A stretch of 63,959 bases of DNA, counting the filler, from Hyphochytrium catenoides (lineage: Eukaryota > Protista > Hyphochytriomycota): the NCBI GenBank assembly GCA_900088475.1. It is 13 parts of 13 records of this genome, joined end to end, with 100 filler letters (N's around TTAATTAATTAA, not from the genome) between each part and the next. Parts side by side here need not be neighbours in the genome. Positions count along the whole stretch, not along the records: positions 20,814 to 36,285 come from FLMG01003108.1; positions 36,386 to 49,696 come from FLMG01002502.1; 11 more parts are not named here. One strand, written 5' to 3'. A program made the position numbers and the translations under genes. Within the stretch, counting starts at the first letter, position 1. Each line of letters starts with the position of its first letter. Below, piece by piece: positions 22,298 through 38,986 of the stretch. Under the pieces are notes generated by a model. The model did no database searches. It was not told where the DNA came from and worked only from the letters and a program-made list of their open reading frames with translations.

Positions 22298-24009
22298 TTA
22301 TTCTATCGATGCTGGTGCTGCCACAATATAATACGTAGTACCTAGGTTGCTAGTTTCGATCTCAAGAATATTCAGGCCTGCTTCCTCGACTAACCTCTTG
22401 ATATCACGGTTCCACCAGCAACCCTAACAAAGGGAAGAACAAAACAAGAAGAAAGATGAATAATGTTGGCGTTGTAGCGTTGACCATCAGAAATACATAG
22501 ATGTAGGGGTTATCGCGGGCTAGCTAGGGTTTGAGGATCAATGAGCATGGATAGCCGAGGTAACACTTCGAGCGAAATGCATGCAAAGAGACATACAACG
22601 GAAGGAAGAATGTGAGTTACCCATTTTGTCGCGTGCTTGTATGCTCCAACGTCCAGCTGCCTCGATAGCCAAGTCCACGAAGTAGATCTGCCGTGCTCCA
22701 ATAATAGAATCCGTCCTGTTCTCTGCACATGCAACACAGGACAGTCCGTAAAGGGTACGATCTCGGTACACTTCGAGCAGATTTAAAAGTCAAAGGTTGT
22801 GAAAGAATATGCCGACCGAATGTTGACCGAGGTCTCAAGGCACAGACAGTCCGAATCCAGCCGGAAGAAATTGAAGTGTAATGCACCTGATAAGAAGCTG
22901 AACAAACTCAAATAGCTCTCTCAGGTAAAAGAGTAAAGAGATCAAGTGTTTGCCATTGAGGCTAGGGACTTGAGAGATCGTCAAGTGGATACCGCACCTG
23001 TTTACAGACTCTGGACATTTCCTTGAGTACTTGAACCGGATCATCCACACTGCAAAGACCAAACGTCTCCACCACGGTGTCAAACTGTTGGTCCGGGAAG
23101 GGAAGACTGGCGCCATCTGCAGTGACACACTGGTAACGCGAGGACCAAGTTGCCGCCTGCAACGTCGCACCGTCCCATCAAAGAGTCACATTTAGAAATT
23201 GGAAATGACAGCAAATGATAGCTGGTAGAATAGGCGCCTGGAAGAGAAGGAAGAGTTGAGCACGGCACCTCTTTCTGAAGTTTTGCTTTGCAAAGCTCGA
23301 GCATGTTCTGGCTCTTATCCGTAAAGACGACAGACACGTTGGGCGGGTAGTAGTCAATATTTCTTCCCGTTCCGGCAGCTACCTCTAAACATGATCCATG
23401 CGCCTTTCCTAAGGAGAGCAGGTTAGAGTTCGCCACAAAGACTCTATGAGAAGCGGATAAACCAGCAAAAGCAACAAGCCGCCTAATAGCAAGGAGTACA
23501 ATCGACAGTAGAAACTGAGTTAGATGATTTAACATAGAGCTAAAGGTAGCCCACAGTAAGATTAGCAAAGATCTGGTGATGGAGGAGTAGGCAGCTGACG
23601 GAAGCTCACACCGTGCAGAAAGAATCCAAGCAAACGAAGACAAAAGTGACTAGCGGACAGTAGGCGTGATAAGGAAGAAGGAGTATGTACCTACTAGTAA
23701 CTTCCGCCGCCGCTTGATGCCAGTTAGAAACTCTTCCATAGCCACATTCTTATCAAAAGATGGCGCTCCTTTATCGTAGGCAGAATCCCGAGATAGCGCA
23801 TTTACTAGCTTCGTCTGTTCTGCAGGATCATGTGAGATCGTCCCAGCAGCGGCTGAAAGTTTGTTAGCCGTGGTGACAACGTTAGCAAAAAATGCGGAGC
23901 CTGCAAAGACGGCCACCGCCCCGATCGCGACCGAGGCCTTGCTGGAGGAAAAAAACGTGAATGAGGAGAGTCATGCGACACATATAAAGCGCCGCTCCTA
24001 CCTCTTCAT
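22298..24009 (-). CDS. Class I SAM-dependent methyltransferase, OMS1-like (N-terminal TM, probably mitochondrial), 6 exons
   Basis: Motif I CLEVAAGTGRNIDYY, then FTDKSQNMLE, LPFPDQQFDTVVETFGLCSVDDPV, GRILLLEHGRS and KWGCWWNRDI. The first coding exon is 8 nt (24009-24002). Stop TAA at 22298. Confidence 0.88.
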
Positions 24010-24808
24010 AGTCCTCCGTTCCAGTCAGTTCGACGATTGCAAACCTCTACACTTGCTTAGCACAGGCCTCAGCTTGAAATCTTTTCTGAGCAGGCAACAG
24101 TCCGACGACCGATTTTTGACCGCCGCACGCTCTCTAACTCTCTCCTTTGTGTTTCGTTCAACCACTTTCTGTCTACTGCGGAATCTCAGCACCTTCCGCC
24201 TTCTCTAGGTTAGCGCATAGAATTCCAAGAAGGCTAGTTAGATAACAATAACGAGCGGGAAACTGCAGTACGTTCTCTCCAGAGCCTCGAGGTCCTGTGA
24301 CATGCAGCTGGACGTCTGCCCTCCGGCTTTCGTCCGTCATCAGAACTTCGCCCAACCAAGATCAGAACTTCAGAATCTGGGTGTTCATTGAGTTTGCAGA
24401 CCTCATCTCTCGATTGATGATGAGAAGCGCAGGAGCACATGGGGCAACAATGCTATAAAATCAATTCCCTCAAAACTTTCATGTCACTTTTAATAAAGGT
24501 TATCGATTATCGATTACTACTACATTAATCTGGACTGGGGGTCTGTCTTGACACGAAAGCTTCCTGATGACTTCCTGTCCTTTATTGTCTTCAGAAGTCT
24601 GCAGTCTGCAGCTCACACGATAACGATTCCCAAGGTCAGCGACAGATCATCAGATTCCTGGTACATTTCTCCTTCTCTCTTGTCCAGCTGTGGCTCCTGC
24701 GCGTATGCCTGTACGCTGTATCTGCAGATCCGATCGGCGGTTCCGAGCTACTTAGAGGACCCGGGGCACCATCGATCATCTTCGGCATACACTGATAACC
24801 TACTAGAC

Positions 24809-25854
24809 ATGTTCAGATCTGGCTTCTCGTTAGTTGGAGCTGGAGCCTACCTTAGAGCTAATGCTCGAAGGACCTTCCACACATCAAGAACTGTAAAGGG
24901 TGGTGGCCATGGGGACCATGGTCATGGTCACGTAGAAGCGCCTGCAGAGTTTTGCGGCGGGGTAAGCCGTGTTTGGGTCGCTTGAGCGTGGGCCAAGTCC
25001 GTTTCGCTGACACTATGGTATTGGGTTGCCTATTGCTCTCGCTGTACAGGGACCCCTACCTCTGATCACAATTCCAAGCTACGTTTTCACTCTTGGAGCA
25101 CTCGTCTATGCCCCCTTCGCTGCTCAGGATGATAACTATGCTTGGGCGAGGTCAGTCCCATCACGCTTTCGCTACAAGTTTCTGCTCACCTTGAGGATGT
25201 GTTGAGCACTGATCTCTGTCCTATCCCATCACGGCGATAATTGCACCACGATTTTCCTACTAAGATCTTTATACAAGAATGCTTGATCTGCCTGAGCTCC
25301 CGCGCTTTGCAGATGAGAAATCAAAAACTCTCCGCCAGCGCGATCACCTTTCTCTCTCTTCTCAGTTGGCTTTCGTTGCTGGTGCTCAAATTTCCCTTCT
25401 AATGTCTAGGAAGCGCGATGTCAGTGTAGACAACGAATCTACAGCGTTCAAGAGTGCACTGACCAAGAGGCAGAGCACCCATCGTCATCCTTCTATCAGA
25501 TACCAAGAGGTAGGTTGAGTGTTCAGCAATTCCTGATGTCGCCCCTGTCAGCTTTCGCCTTTGCCTAGGCCGACTAAAGCACAACATTCCTTTTCTGCTT
25601 CCCTTCGCCTGCTCTTCTCTCCTGTCATTGGGATGAGGCTTTCTTCGTTACTTTGTTCCCTCTAACTGCCATCGATCGGGGTTGGTTTTTGTGGGTTTGC
25701 CCATTTCTCCGCCGACGGCTTTCGACTGTATGGTGTGGAAGATCTTGCTAAGTATGCCCCCGCTTATCCTGTTCCGCTCTTCTACCTTCTCAAGACTGAG
25801 GTCGACGAACCCCCTGAGCTGGTAGAGGCGGAAGATGAGGAGGAAGAAGAATAA
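24809..25854 (+). CDS. Small mitochondrion-targeted single-TM protein, possibly complex I NDUFB11/ESSS-like; 4 exons
   Basis: Presequence MFRSGFSLV..ARRTFHTSRTVKGGGHGDHGHGH, TM LITIPSYVFTLGALVYAPFAA, DDNYAWARK and acidic tail AEDEEEEE. Canonical phase-consistent introns. The gene is well supported; the product name is tentative. Confidence 0.55.
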
Positions 25855-26426
25855 ATGCTGGGCAAATGTCGATTGGCTTCAAGGAAATGGGTGGAGAGCT
25901 TCGCTACGTTCTGTAGATAATCACTGTTGCTCCGAATGTTTTAGGGACCGGTATATCGGTAAGGGACTGTGATAGAGGAGTTGCGGGAGACTTTACCAGC
26001 GGTTTAATCTTAAGATAATAAACGCACGCTTGCCATGCTGGTGCTCAGTACTTTTTGCCCACAATCAGAACCTGTGCTCGTCACCATGCGATATGAGGGA
26101 TTTGGCGCTTACTGCCCTAGATTGGTGTATACGCTTGTTCATTTTTAGGACAGAAGCCTAAAGAAGGGGGAGCGCAGAGCCGTGTATGACTACTGGTAGG
26201 GCTGTCGATTGTTTCTTCTTCAGTTTAAAATCATTATGATGGCGGGGACTATAGATAGCGCATTGTTATCCCCTCATCTTCTGATTCATACCCCTATGGC
26301 ACGCACAGGAGCCCTCTCCAATCCTATCTCAGGATTGGCAGGGCTGCACAGGATTTTCAGCAGTCGCTACATTGTCCTTCACATGTTCAAAGCCCGAAAG
26401 CTGGCATCTACTATTATGCACTCTAC

Positions 26427-29400
26427 CTACTCGACAACGAGCACCTTAAGCATGTTGGTGGATCCGGATCTTGCCTCTTGCATGCCATGAATGGCAACCA
26501 CATGGTCTCCTCTCTTTACCCATCCAAGCTCCTTGCCAATGTCCGAGGCTCGGAATAAGATTGAGTCTGTGCCAATCATGGATCCCATCACTCTAGCTAC
26601 GCAGCCCTTCAGGTAGCCCTCAGCTTGGCGAGCAGTCTCACCTAAAGCGGTCAATGGTCGAGGTTGGTGGAGAGGTTAGTGTACAAACGATCACTATAAT
26701 TGCTAAATAATTGAGTGGGGGGAAAAAGTAGAGAGAGGAAGGGTAAGACATGTCATGCAAGCGGCATAAAAAAACACACTACGCTCTCCTACCGAGGGCA
26801 GTAAGGACCAGGATTGGCTGCTCAGGCCTGTACTTGGCCACAAGCCTAGCGGTAGTGCCGGATTCAGTCAGTACCACCATCATCTTGGCGCCCATATCAA
26901 TGGCAGTCTTCACAGCAGAAGAGGCAATGGCTTCCTGGGTGGACATCGGGCCAACCGCTTCCAGGACAGAACGACGGACAGCTTGGAAGAGCTGCGGACA
27001 AGCGGACCTTAGACCCATGTAGCAGCGATGGGGTTTTACAAACACATCGGAGACGCATTGAGAGGACCAACGTGGAGATTGCCCACGTCTGAATACGAAG
27101 ACGGAAGCCCCAAACAACGTAGAAGTTAATGAGCAAAAAGACGCTGTCTCAAGAGGTTGAAGATCTCTAGCGATATATCTTTGTCCTCCTGCCTAACCTT
27201 GTCATAGTTGACCGCCGCCTCAGACTCGACGCAGATCTTGGCCATGATTTCTACTGCCTGGACAGGGTATTCGCCATTCGCGGTTTCTCCAGACAACATC
27301 ACGCAGTCGCTGCCATCCAGAACGGCATTCGCAACGTCCGTGCATTCTATAATGCAAAAACACAATCGGAGCAGCCATTAATTAGGACGAGCTAGGAAGA
27401 CCGTCACACCAGCAGATACACTTTATGAGGTTACCGTGACCAGCTAGTAGCAGGTTATCTGCAGTCATAGCGCTTACAACTTACCGGCACGAGTAGGCCT
27501 AGGGTTGACAATCATGGAGTCAAGCATTTGGGTGGCCGTGATGACCGGCTTTCCTGCAATGTTGGCCTTGCGAATCATCATTTTCTGAGCAAGGAACACC
27601 TGCACATCGGGAAAGGTGAGTTAGCATTGAGTTGGCTAAAGATGCCTTGTCAACAATACCAATCACATCTAGATATAGGGACTTCGTACTATAATAAGGC
27701 GAAGACCGATTCTAGTAAGGAGTGGAAAAGGCAATGGAAAGCGGACAAAGATACCAAGGGATAGGGTTTTTCTCTTCTTGCCTTCTCAGGAGGGATCTCC
27801 ATGCCCAGATCTCCTCTCGCAACCATAATGCCATCTGCCTTTGTCAAGATCGCGTCGTAGTTGTGAAGTCCTTCCTGGTTCTCAATCTGCAGACGTAATG
27901 GGGGGAGATAGAAAGTTGGCGTACGACCAGGGATTGCGGCAAAAGTAACAATGCAAGACCAAGGACACCAGACGCTAGGGTTCACAACTGCCTGTGCTTG
28001 AGGAAGAGATGTAGGGTGACCCAGTGGTCAGCACTGGTGCTTCATCATACCTTGGCAATGATCTTGATACCTCTTCCACGAGGTCCGAGAACTTGTCTGA
28101 TCCTGTCAATGTCCTCCCCTTTCCTCACAAAAGACGCCGCAATGAAATCAATACCCTGAACCAGGCCAAAATTCACAAGGTCGTCTTCATCCTTGGAAGT
28201 CAGCGTAGGAAGGTCTACAATGCAGCCGGGAAGGTTCATATTCTTCTTCTCTCCCAGAACAGCATGATTCTCAACCTTAACCTGTCAGATAAGCAGTCCA
28301 TTAGCGCGGCTCAAGAAAGAATATGTCATGTCCACTGGAGAAAACCCAATAAGAAAGCTTGCGAAGTAAGAGCACGCCACCTCCCGATGCGTGCTGAAGG
28401 ATTATAGACACACGCAATGGGGGAAGATGTATAACACAACTATAGTTGTTAGGAGCAATAGTAAAAGGTATGGGACATGGAACGAAGCACAGCAGGGAAT
28501 AGTACCGCGTATTCGAAGGAGCGCTTACCACGACGCTCTTATCCTTGATCTCCGTCACCGTCATAACTAGTGCTCCATCAGCAGCCAGGATACTACTTCC
28601 AACCTTGACAGACCTTGGCAGAGCCTCATACGAGCAGGCAATCATCTTGTTGGTGCCCTTGAATGTGTAGTCCGTGGTTATCTCTAAGGATTGGCCCTTC
28701 ACGAGTTCAATCTTTTTGCCATCCTCAAGCAGTCCAGTACGGATCTCCGGACCCTTCGTGTCCAGCAGGACAGCCACATGGCGTCCAGGACGCTGGGCAA
28801 GGGCGGCTCTGAGGTTGCTTAGTGTGCGGCCATGAGTCTAGCCAATGAAAAGGGTAAGTAACAATTACAATGCAGGAACTCCATGTCCCATTCACAAGCT
28901 CATCTCGTGCGGTGCCTTTATCAGACAACTATGCCTAGAGAAATATGCCCAGCCTCCCGCTTCCTAGGTCTAATCGTGATTGTGCAGCTTGGCTTATTTG
29001 TCCCTAAGTATCCCCCATAGTTTTCTAATCCTTTCTATGTTCTGTCCTGATATTATCTTTTTTATCCCTGTGCTTGCTCACCTCATGGTCGCCATGGGAG
29101 AAGTTAAGCCTTGCAGTGTTCATGCCCGCGTCAATGAGCTGGACCAACATCTCCGTGCTCCACGATGACGGGCCGAGAGTACAAATAATCTTGGTCTTAC
29201 GGCGGCGGACATCTCGGTTTTTGATGATGCTCTCCAGACTGCAGACGGATCGCGTACCCGAGGGACAGGTAGCAGAACAGAGAGTTAGGCGTCAAAGACA
29301 AAAGTGAATAATAGATCATCAGAGCCAAGGTGTGAATGGTCGGAGCAGGAGAATATGACGCGAGTTGAAAGATACCCATCCACCAAATGGAATAGAAGAA

Positions 29401-29565
29401 ACGGTCAGCCATCAGTGTAAGAGAGGGAGGGAGTCCACTAAGGACAAGAGAAGGACATCTGGCAACGTTCAAGAGAGGTGGTGGAGCCCAATAAGCCCAA
29501 GGGCAGAAATCTTACCCGATTTCGCTACCACGAAGGTGAATGGCACCTGGAAGAGAAGTAGACAT
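26427..29565 (-). CDS. PYK: Pyruvate kinase, 9 exons (one GC-AG intron)
   Basis: [84 protein letters not shown] at 29565, TAG at 26427. No targeting extension, so probably cytosolic. Confidence 0.98.
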
Positions 29566-31193
29566 AGTTCTGATGAGGCGTGTGGGGCTACGGAATGATA
29601 TGTTAAACAAACAAAGTGCCTCTCCGCTGTCTCTTAGGTCTGACTTCGAGCTGTTGAGGAAGTGGAAGCTTTCTCAATGAGCGCAAGCCCGTCCCAGAGC
29701 ATCAAGCGAAAGGAGAGAGAGAGATACCAGCAGAATAGAAGGAAGCGCATCCGATGACGCCCAGGACAGAGGACAGAGCTTACAAAGATCGAAGATTGAG
29801 AGACAACGACATACACAGGAAGAGCGTGAGGGAAACGATGAGAGAAAGAGAAAGAGAGAGAGAGAAGAGAGAGAGAGAGAAGAGAGAGAGAGAGAAGAAG
29901 AGAGAGAGAGAGAGAGAGCAAAAAAAGGTGGGATGATGAGGGAATGGGAAGCACCAAACATTGAGGAAGAGCGAGAGATACAGGCAAAAGGATCAATCAC
30001 TGGACTCCCACCCACCACCATGGCCACTCTGTATCCTGATACATGGCCCACTTCGCGGCGAATGCTTTGGATACGATCTTATGCATAAACCTTGCAAAGC
30101 TCTAGTTAACGCGGGGTAGCGGTTATGGTTTAGGTAACAGGGAGCAGTGCGAACCGTCAGTAAAAAGATCTTTCTTTGGGAGCGGCTCAAGGCCTTTCTT
30201 CATTGTTATTACACGGCGGCCATCATCTTGCCCTCTCTCTCTCGTTCGCTCTTGCTTTTTCTCTCCTTGCTCTATGACAGGCCTTGGTGTATCACTCAGT
30301 GCTCTGTCTCTGTCCCTTGCCTGTCCTTCCGTTCCTTCTCTTTGGTCAGGAACTCACTTGGCGTGTTATGGAGAGATCGAGTCTCCCAAAAAAAACCTTC
30401 CAGGGTAGCCGGGGCTCTCACCGCCGTGTGGCAAGTTATATTATAGCGTGGATGAAGACGGTGGCCCCTGTCATCCCCAGGCGGTGGGGCCTCACCAAGT
30501 TGTCGTAATGGGTTTGCTTGTGGAGGGAGGAAAACAACAAGATTCATCTCCGCACCTCCACCAAAGTCGAGGCTTGTCGTAAATCTGTGCGAACTGAAAG
30601 CTTCCGATTACTTCCGTACTTTTCAATCCTTCAATCAATGTGCTTTATTCATTTCAGGTTATCAATGATTTAGTTATCACGGAAGAAGCGTCTAGCTGTC
30701 AACTCAAGACTATTATTATCTGTCTCGCTCTCGTCTCTCTCCTCCTCTCTTCTCTCTCTCTCTCTTGCTCTTTCGGTCGCTCTCTCTTGGTCGCTCTCTG
30801 TCTCTCTCTGTCTGTTCCTCTCACGGTGTCTCTCTCTTTCTCTCTCTCGCTCTCTCTCGCTCTCACACCCATTGTCATCTTCCGTTAACTTTTGACTTGA
30901 CAGCATCTGGCTCTTCCCTGTGAGGCAAAAGCTCTGGGAGGGCCATCATCTTTTCCACCTGGCTCTTCATCAGCTTCAAGCTTCAAGGTGTCCTTGTCAC
31001 TGTTACATCTCTTCTGACCTCAAGAGCCTTGAATCTCACAGCTTCACTCTTTCAGACTGTACCCTTCGTTCGCTGTTATAGTCTTTGATACAATAGTAGT
31101 CGTCTTTGGGAGCAGTGATCATACTTCGACCAGTCTCCACTTGGAGGCAGTCTGAAGAGAGGTTGAAGCGAACAAGACAGGGAAAGGGAAAAG

Positions 31194-32894
31194 ATGTCGC
31201 TTTCCGCGGGACAACTCAAGGTGTTCCTTTACGTGCCGAACCTGATAGGCAAGTGGAGTATAGGAGCCAAGAATGCCTAGGCAGTCTACGTCATAACCCA
31301 TCGTCGCTCGTTTGCAGGCTACCTCCGTGTCGGTTTGACCCTCTACAGTCTCGCTGTGGCCAAGAGTGACTGGAAGACGGCAGTGACCTGCTACTCCATC
31401 AGCTTTGTCTGTGATTACTTTGATGGACTTGTTGCCCGAGCGCTCAATCAATGTAGGTCGTTCACAAATTGGAAGACCATGGCAAGCCTACCTGCACCTT
31501 GGCCTTGCGTCACTCTTCGTTCACTCTTGGCCCGAAGTATTCCTTGTTATACATATTTATATCGGGGCCTTTGGCTTTGCTGGGCGCAAACACTGTTATC
31601 GGTCATCTTCTTGTGTCTTGTTTAAAAATGAAGCCAACCTCATACTGCTTCATGCCGTCTTTTGTCCTCCCAGGCTCAAAGTTCGGCGCCGTATTAGACA
31701 TGGTAACGGACAGGTGAGTCTAAACCTAAGCCATCCGCTCTGATGAACAGTCCCTCTCCTTGTTGCTTGGCTTCTGCGCGGCGGCGGCAGCCCAAGGGAC
31801 TATGTCTTTCTCATCGTATAGCTTGACCCTCTTGCCCCCATCTTCTAACGATCATTTGACATGCTGATGTCCGAGGGTATCACGTTTCTTTTTGATTAAT
31901 CTCATTTATCGTACTCTGGCACTCATCCGCGCTCTGATCTCATGGCAATCTTGCCATTAGGTGCTCAACGGCTGGACTTCTAGTCATCCTGGGACATTTG
32001 TATCCTGAAGATTATCTGACCTACCTCTTCTTGATTATCCTCGATTTTTCGAGCCATTGGATTCATATGTACAGGTCTGGGTCTTCTTTATCTTCCTCTT
32101 TTTGGCCTTCCGTAAGAAAACCCATCTGCTGGGCATGGGTAATCCGCTAGCATTTTGCCACCTACCCCTTCATAGCTCCGTTTTCACTTGATACTAATGG
32201 TCGCTGATGAGCAAGTCCATTGCCGCCATTCTGAGTCATTCCATGGAGACTTTACTTTCTCCTTCCGTTTGCACGTTTTGCCTCCTCTCCTCCCCGGCTG
32301 CCGGCCATTTGGGTAAAGCCCTTATTCAGCCCATCAGCTACTATCTACCTCAGTTTCAGTTCCTCTTCATATGACATGCCCTTATTTTCCCCTTACGCTA
32401 GCTCCCGGGGACATCACAAAGTAGTACCAAAGGATAAGAACTTCCTTTTACGCATATATTATGGGATCTATCCTCTTTTTGGCTACTGCTGTGTGGGCAC
32501 TGAGCTCTTCTACATCCTCAAATATGTGGCGAAGTTCAACCCGAATGCTTACTTTGTGGTAGCAGGACAGATAATCGCACTTCACCAGGTGAGAGAGCAT
32601 TAGCGAGCGACTTAAAAAGACGTGGGAGTCATGAACTGGCGGGTTGGATAATGTAGTTATTTGACGACGTCACTCTGTTAGTGTTAGTTGAGAGCTCTCC
32701 GCCACCAATATGTGGCATCTTTCCCAGCATTGCGGCTCACTTTGACCGTTCTATATTCTCTTTGCCAGGTCATGATGTACCTCGCCTTTCCTGCCTGTTT
32801 GTTGAAGCAGATAATCAACGTGGCTCAACTTTGCTCAGCAGCTGCCGATGTGGCAAAAGCAGATGCAGAGGAGACCCACCCGAAAACCTCGTGA
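31194..32894 (+). CDS. PIS1: Phosphatidylinositol synthase (CDP-diacylglycerol-inositol 3-phosphatidyltransferase), 6 exons (first intron GC-AG)
   Basis: VFLYVPNLIG|YLR, the CDP-alcohol phosphotransferase motif DYFDGLVARALNQCSKFGAVLDMVTDR, LDFSSHWIHMY, HHK..NFLLRIYY and LKQIINVAQL. Confidence 0.97.
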
Positions 32895-32988
32895 TTCCGG
32901 GTAAAGCGAACCAAGTCGTATCAGTAAAACTGATTTAGAATAACTGCATTATATGATGTTCTAGTCCTAGCTCCTTTTGAGACAAAGC

Positions 32989-36285
<3,297 letters not shown>

Positions 36286-36867
36286 NNNNNNNNNNNNNNN
36301 NNNNNNNNNNNNNNNNNNNNNNNNNNNNNTTAATTAATTAANNNNNNNNNNNNNNNNNNNNNNNNNNNNNNNNNNNNNNNNNNNNTCTCTCTCTCTCTCT
36401 CTCTCTCCTTCTCTCTCCCTCTCTCTCCCTCTCTCCCTTTCTGTCGAGTCGCTCTCTCTCCTCTCCACTCATTATCTCTTCCCTGCTCTGCTTCTTCTTT
36501 TTCTTTTGGTCTATTCTCTCCCATCCTCTCTCTTTTTTTTCTCTTCTTCTAGTAGGTTGCACTGCTTCCTCCTCGCTGGTCGTCCTCCTCGATCCTGACC
36601 ACGCACCGACAGGGTAAAGAAGAGGAGGCGGGAAGAGGAAGGGACAGAGAAGAGGAAGGAGATCAGAGGAGAGGACCTTCGATGATACACTGTTTCCCTT
36701 CTCCACAGCCTCATACTACCGCGTAAGGTGACGAAGGTTGGTGGCAGGCAACGGACAACGAAACGACAAAAAGAAGTGAAAAGTGATGTGTCTTGATGGG
36801 CCCTCCTTGTTGGAAGCTACAGCAGAGAGAGAGAGAGAGAGAGAGAAAAAGAGAGAGCGAGAGGAGG

Positions 36868-36903
<36 letters not shown>

Positions 36904-37070
36904 AAAATAATGGAGGAAGAAACTTGGGGAGAGAGATTGGGGGCAAGAGTGAGGGGACACGGGGACAGTTGGAAAGACAGAAAGAACAGAGAGAGGATGA
37001 TAGAGCCGAGGAGGGTACAGAGGAGAGAGAGAGAGCGAGCGAGAGAGAAGAGAGAGAGAGAGAGAGAGCG

Positions 37071-37111
<41 letters not shown>

Positions 37112-38986
37112 AAGAGAGAGAGTTGGACGTTACAGCAGGGCTGCTGACATCCTCCAGCGGACACAACCCTGTTCTAAAAGCCCTTTCTGCCCTCCTACCT
37201 CCTACCGCTCAGTAGTAATCTCTTTAGTCGCGGATTCTCAAAAGAGAGAAAATGAGGATTTGGCTTGTGAAGTTTTCATCAATTCTTCGTAAAGGAGAGA
37301 GTGGGTGGGGAAGCTCAAGGGCGAGGGGGGACGGTGCTGATCTTTGCCATACTCACTGTACTACTCCTCGGAACTCCCACCCACCTGCTCTTTCTACTGT
37401 CATAGAAGGAGAAAGAGAAAGAGAAGAGGAGCGAGGACAGAAGAGATGATGGTGTTGCAGGAGGATCAGACACTTATAACGATATTAATCATAATATAAA
37501 GTAGAATTTTATCTATTACAATGACATAGAAATAACAATGACATTCTATAGTTGAAGCACTAGAACAACAACAAGCCAAATGAATCATTGTGATAAGATA
37601 TATCCTGAGGAGTACGTGGCAGTGGTGGTGGAAGATTAACCCAACAGACTCAAGATTGGAGACGGATGATGATGGTCAATGGAGGTGGTCGTGGTGATGA
37701 TAGTAGTAGCGGTGGTGAAGGCCGCCGCTGACGGCTAATCAGTCTAAAGCATGTGCAAATGTAGGATGCTTATTACAAGATGACCTAGCTCGTGACTCCA
37801 CTACTACAAGCAGCTGCTGCCCAGACTATACTCACTTTATCATCGACGTACGTAAGAGGGGTGATTTGGTTAGGTTCTTCGTTCTTCCCTCTTCCTTCTT
37901 CTATTTTCTCCTCTGTTGTCATCATATCTCTTCTATTCTTCTCTCGCCTCTCTCATCACTATCTTACTGCTAGTCTTGACTTGCTGGACGAGTGGACGGT
38001 GGTGGGCCTTGTCTGGCAAAGCCATCGATTCATCATCGGCCTTAAAACTAATCCCAGAGCTGCGCATCGTAAACGGTGATGATTCTGCATATTGTTATGC
38101 GAGTAATCGATGAGTAAAGCGCCCTCCTCCTCCTCCTTTTCATAAGTAGTAGCGCTCTCATCACATTTGCCTACTTCTTTCTTCTTCCGTACATGATGAA
38201 TAGTCTTCTTATTATGCTTGTGTTGGCCGTCGTCTTCTGATCCTATAGAAATAGAACGTTTCTCGAGCATGGAAGATTCCAGTGAACCTTGTCGCAGTGA
38301 ATGGAAGCTGACAGCAAGACCACCTCGTGGTGATGATGATGATCCTTTCGTCGCCGCCTATCATTATCATTCTTCAGTTCTTTCTCCCTCATTGTAAAAA
38401 AGCTTTCAATCTCAACACCATCATCTAACGGCTGTTATGGTAAAGAATCGGTTCTGGACTACTAGATTCATGTATACCTGTAAAAACCTTTATATTTGTT
38501 ACAACTCGTGCTCGTATTTTTTATAAAAATAGACTAGAGACTACTTCCTAGCTGTTAGCTGTTAGCGGCAGGGTTCTAGTTTGGAACTCCCAAAATTCGG
38601 TCTTACAGTTCTAGTTATCGCATTTGTCAGATTCCCAGTTACCGACCTCTGTTCGGCAGAGTGTGTCCAGGCTGACGAAGTTTCCTGCAGACTCTTCATC
38701 AGTTCCGCAGATGAAGATTTTTATTGCGACTCTTCTTCTACGGCTACTTACGGGTGCCATTTGACCAGGACGAAGGCGGAAGGGTGATTAGTTAGCTGGG
38801 TAATGGTGCCGCGAGTTCAAGGAGCACATAGGGTTTGAGAGACTCACGGCTGTCGTGGGATCTTGCCGCTGAGCCACACTCCGTCTGCTGTGGCACTGTG
38901 TATTCTCGTACTCGCTACGTCGTTCAGTATAGTGAGACCTAGGCTTCCTTTGCAGGTGGACTCCCGCAGTTGGGTTTGGAGAGAGG

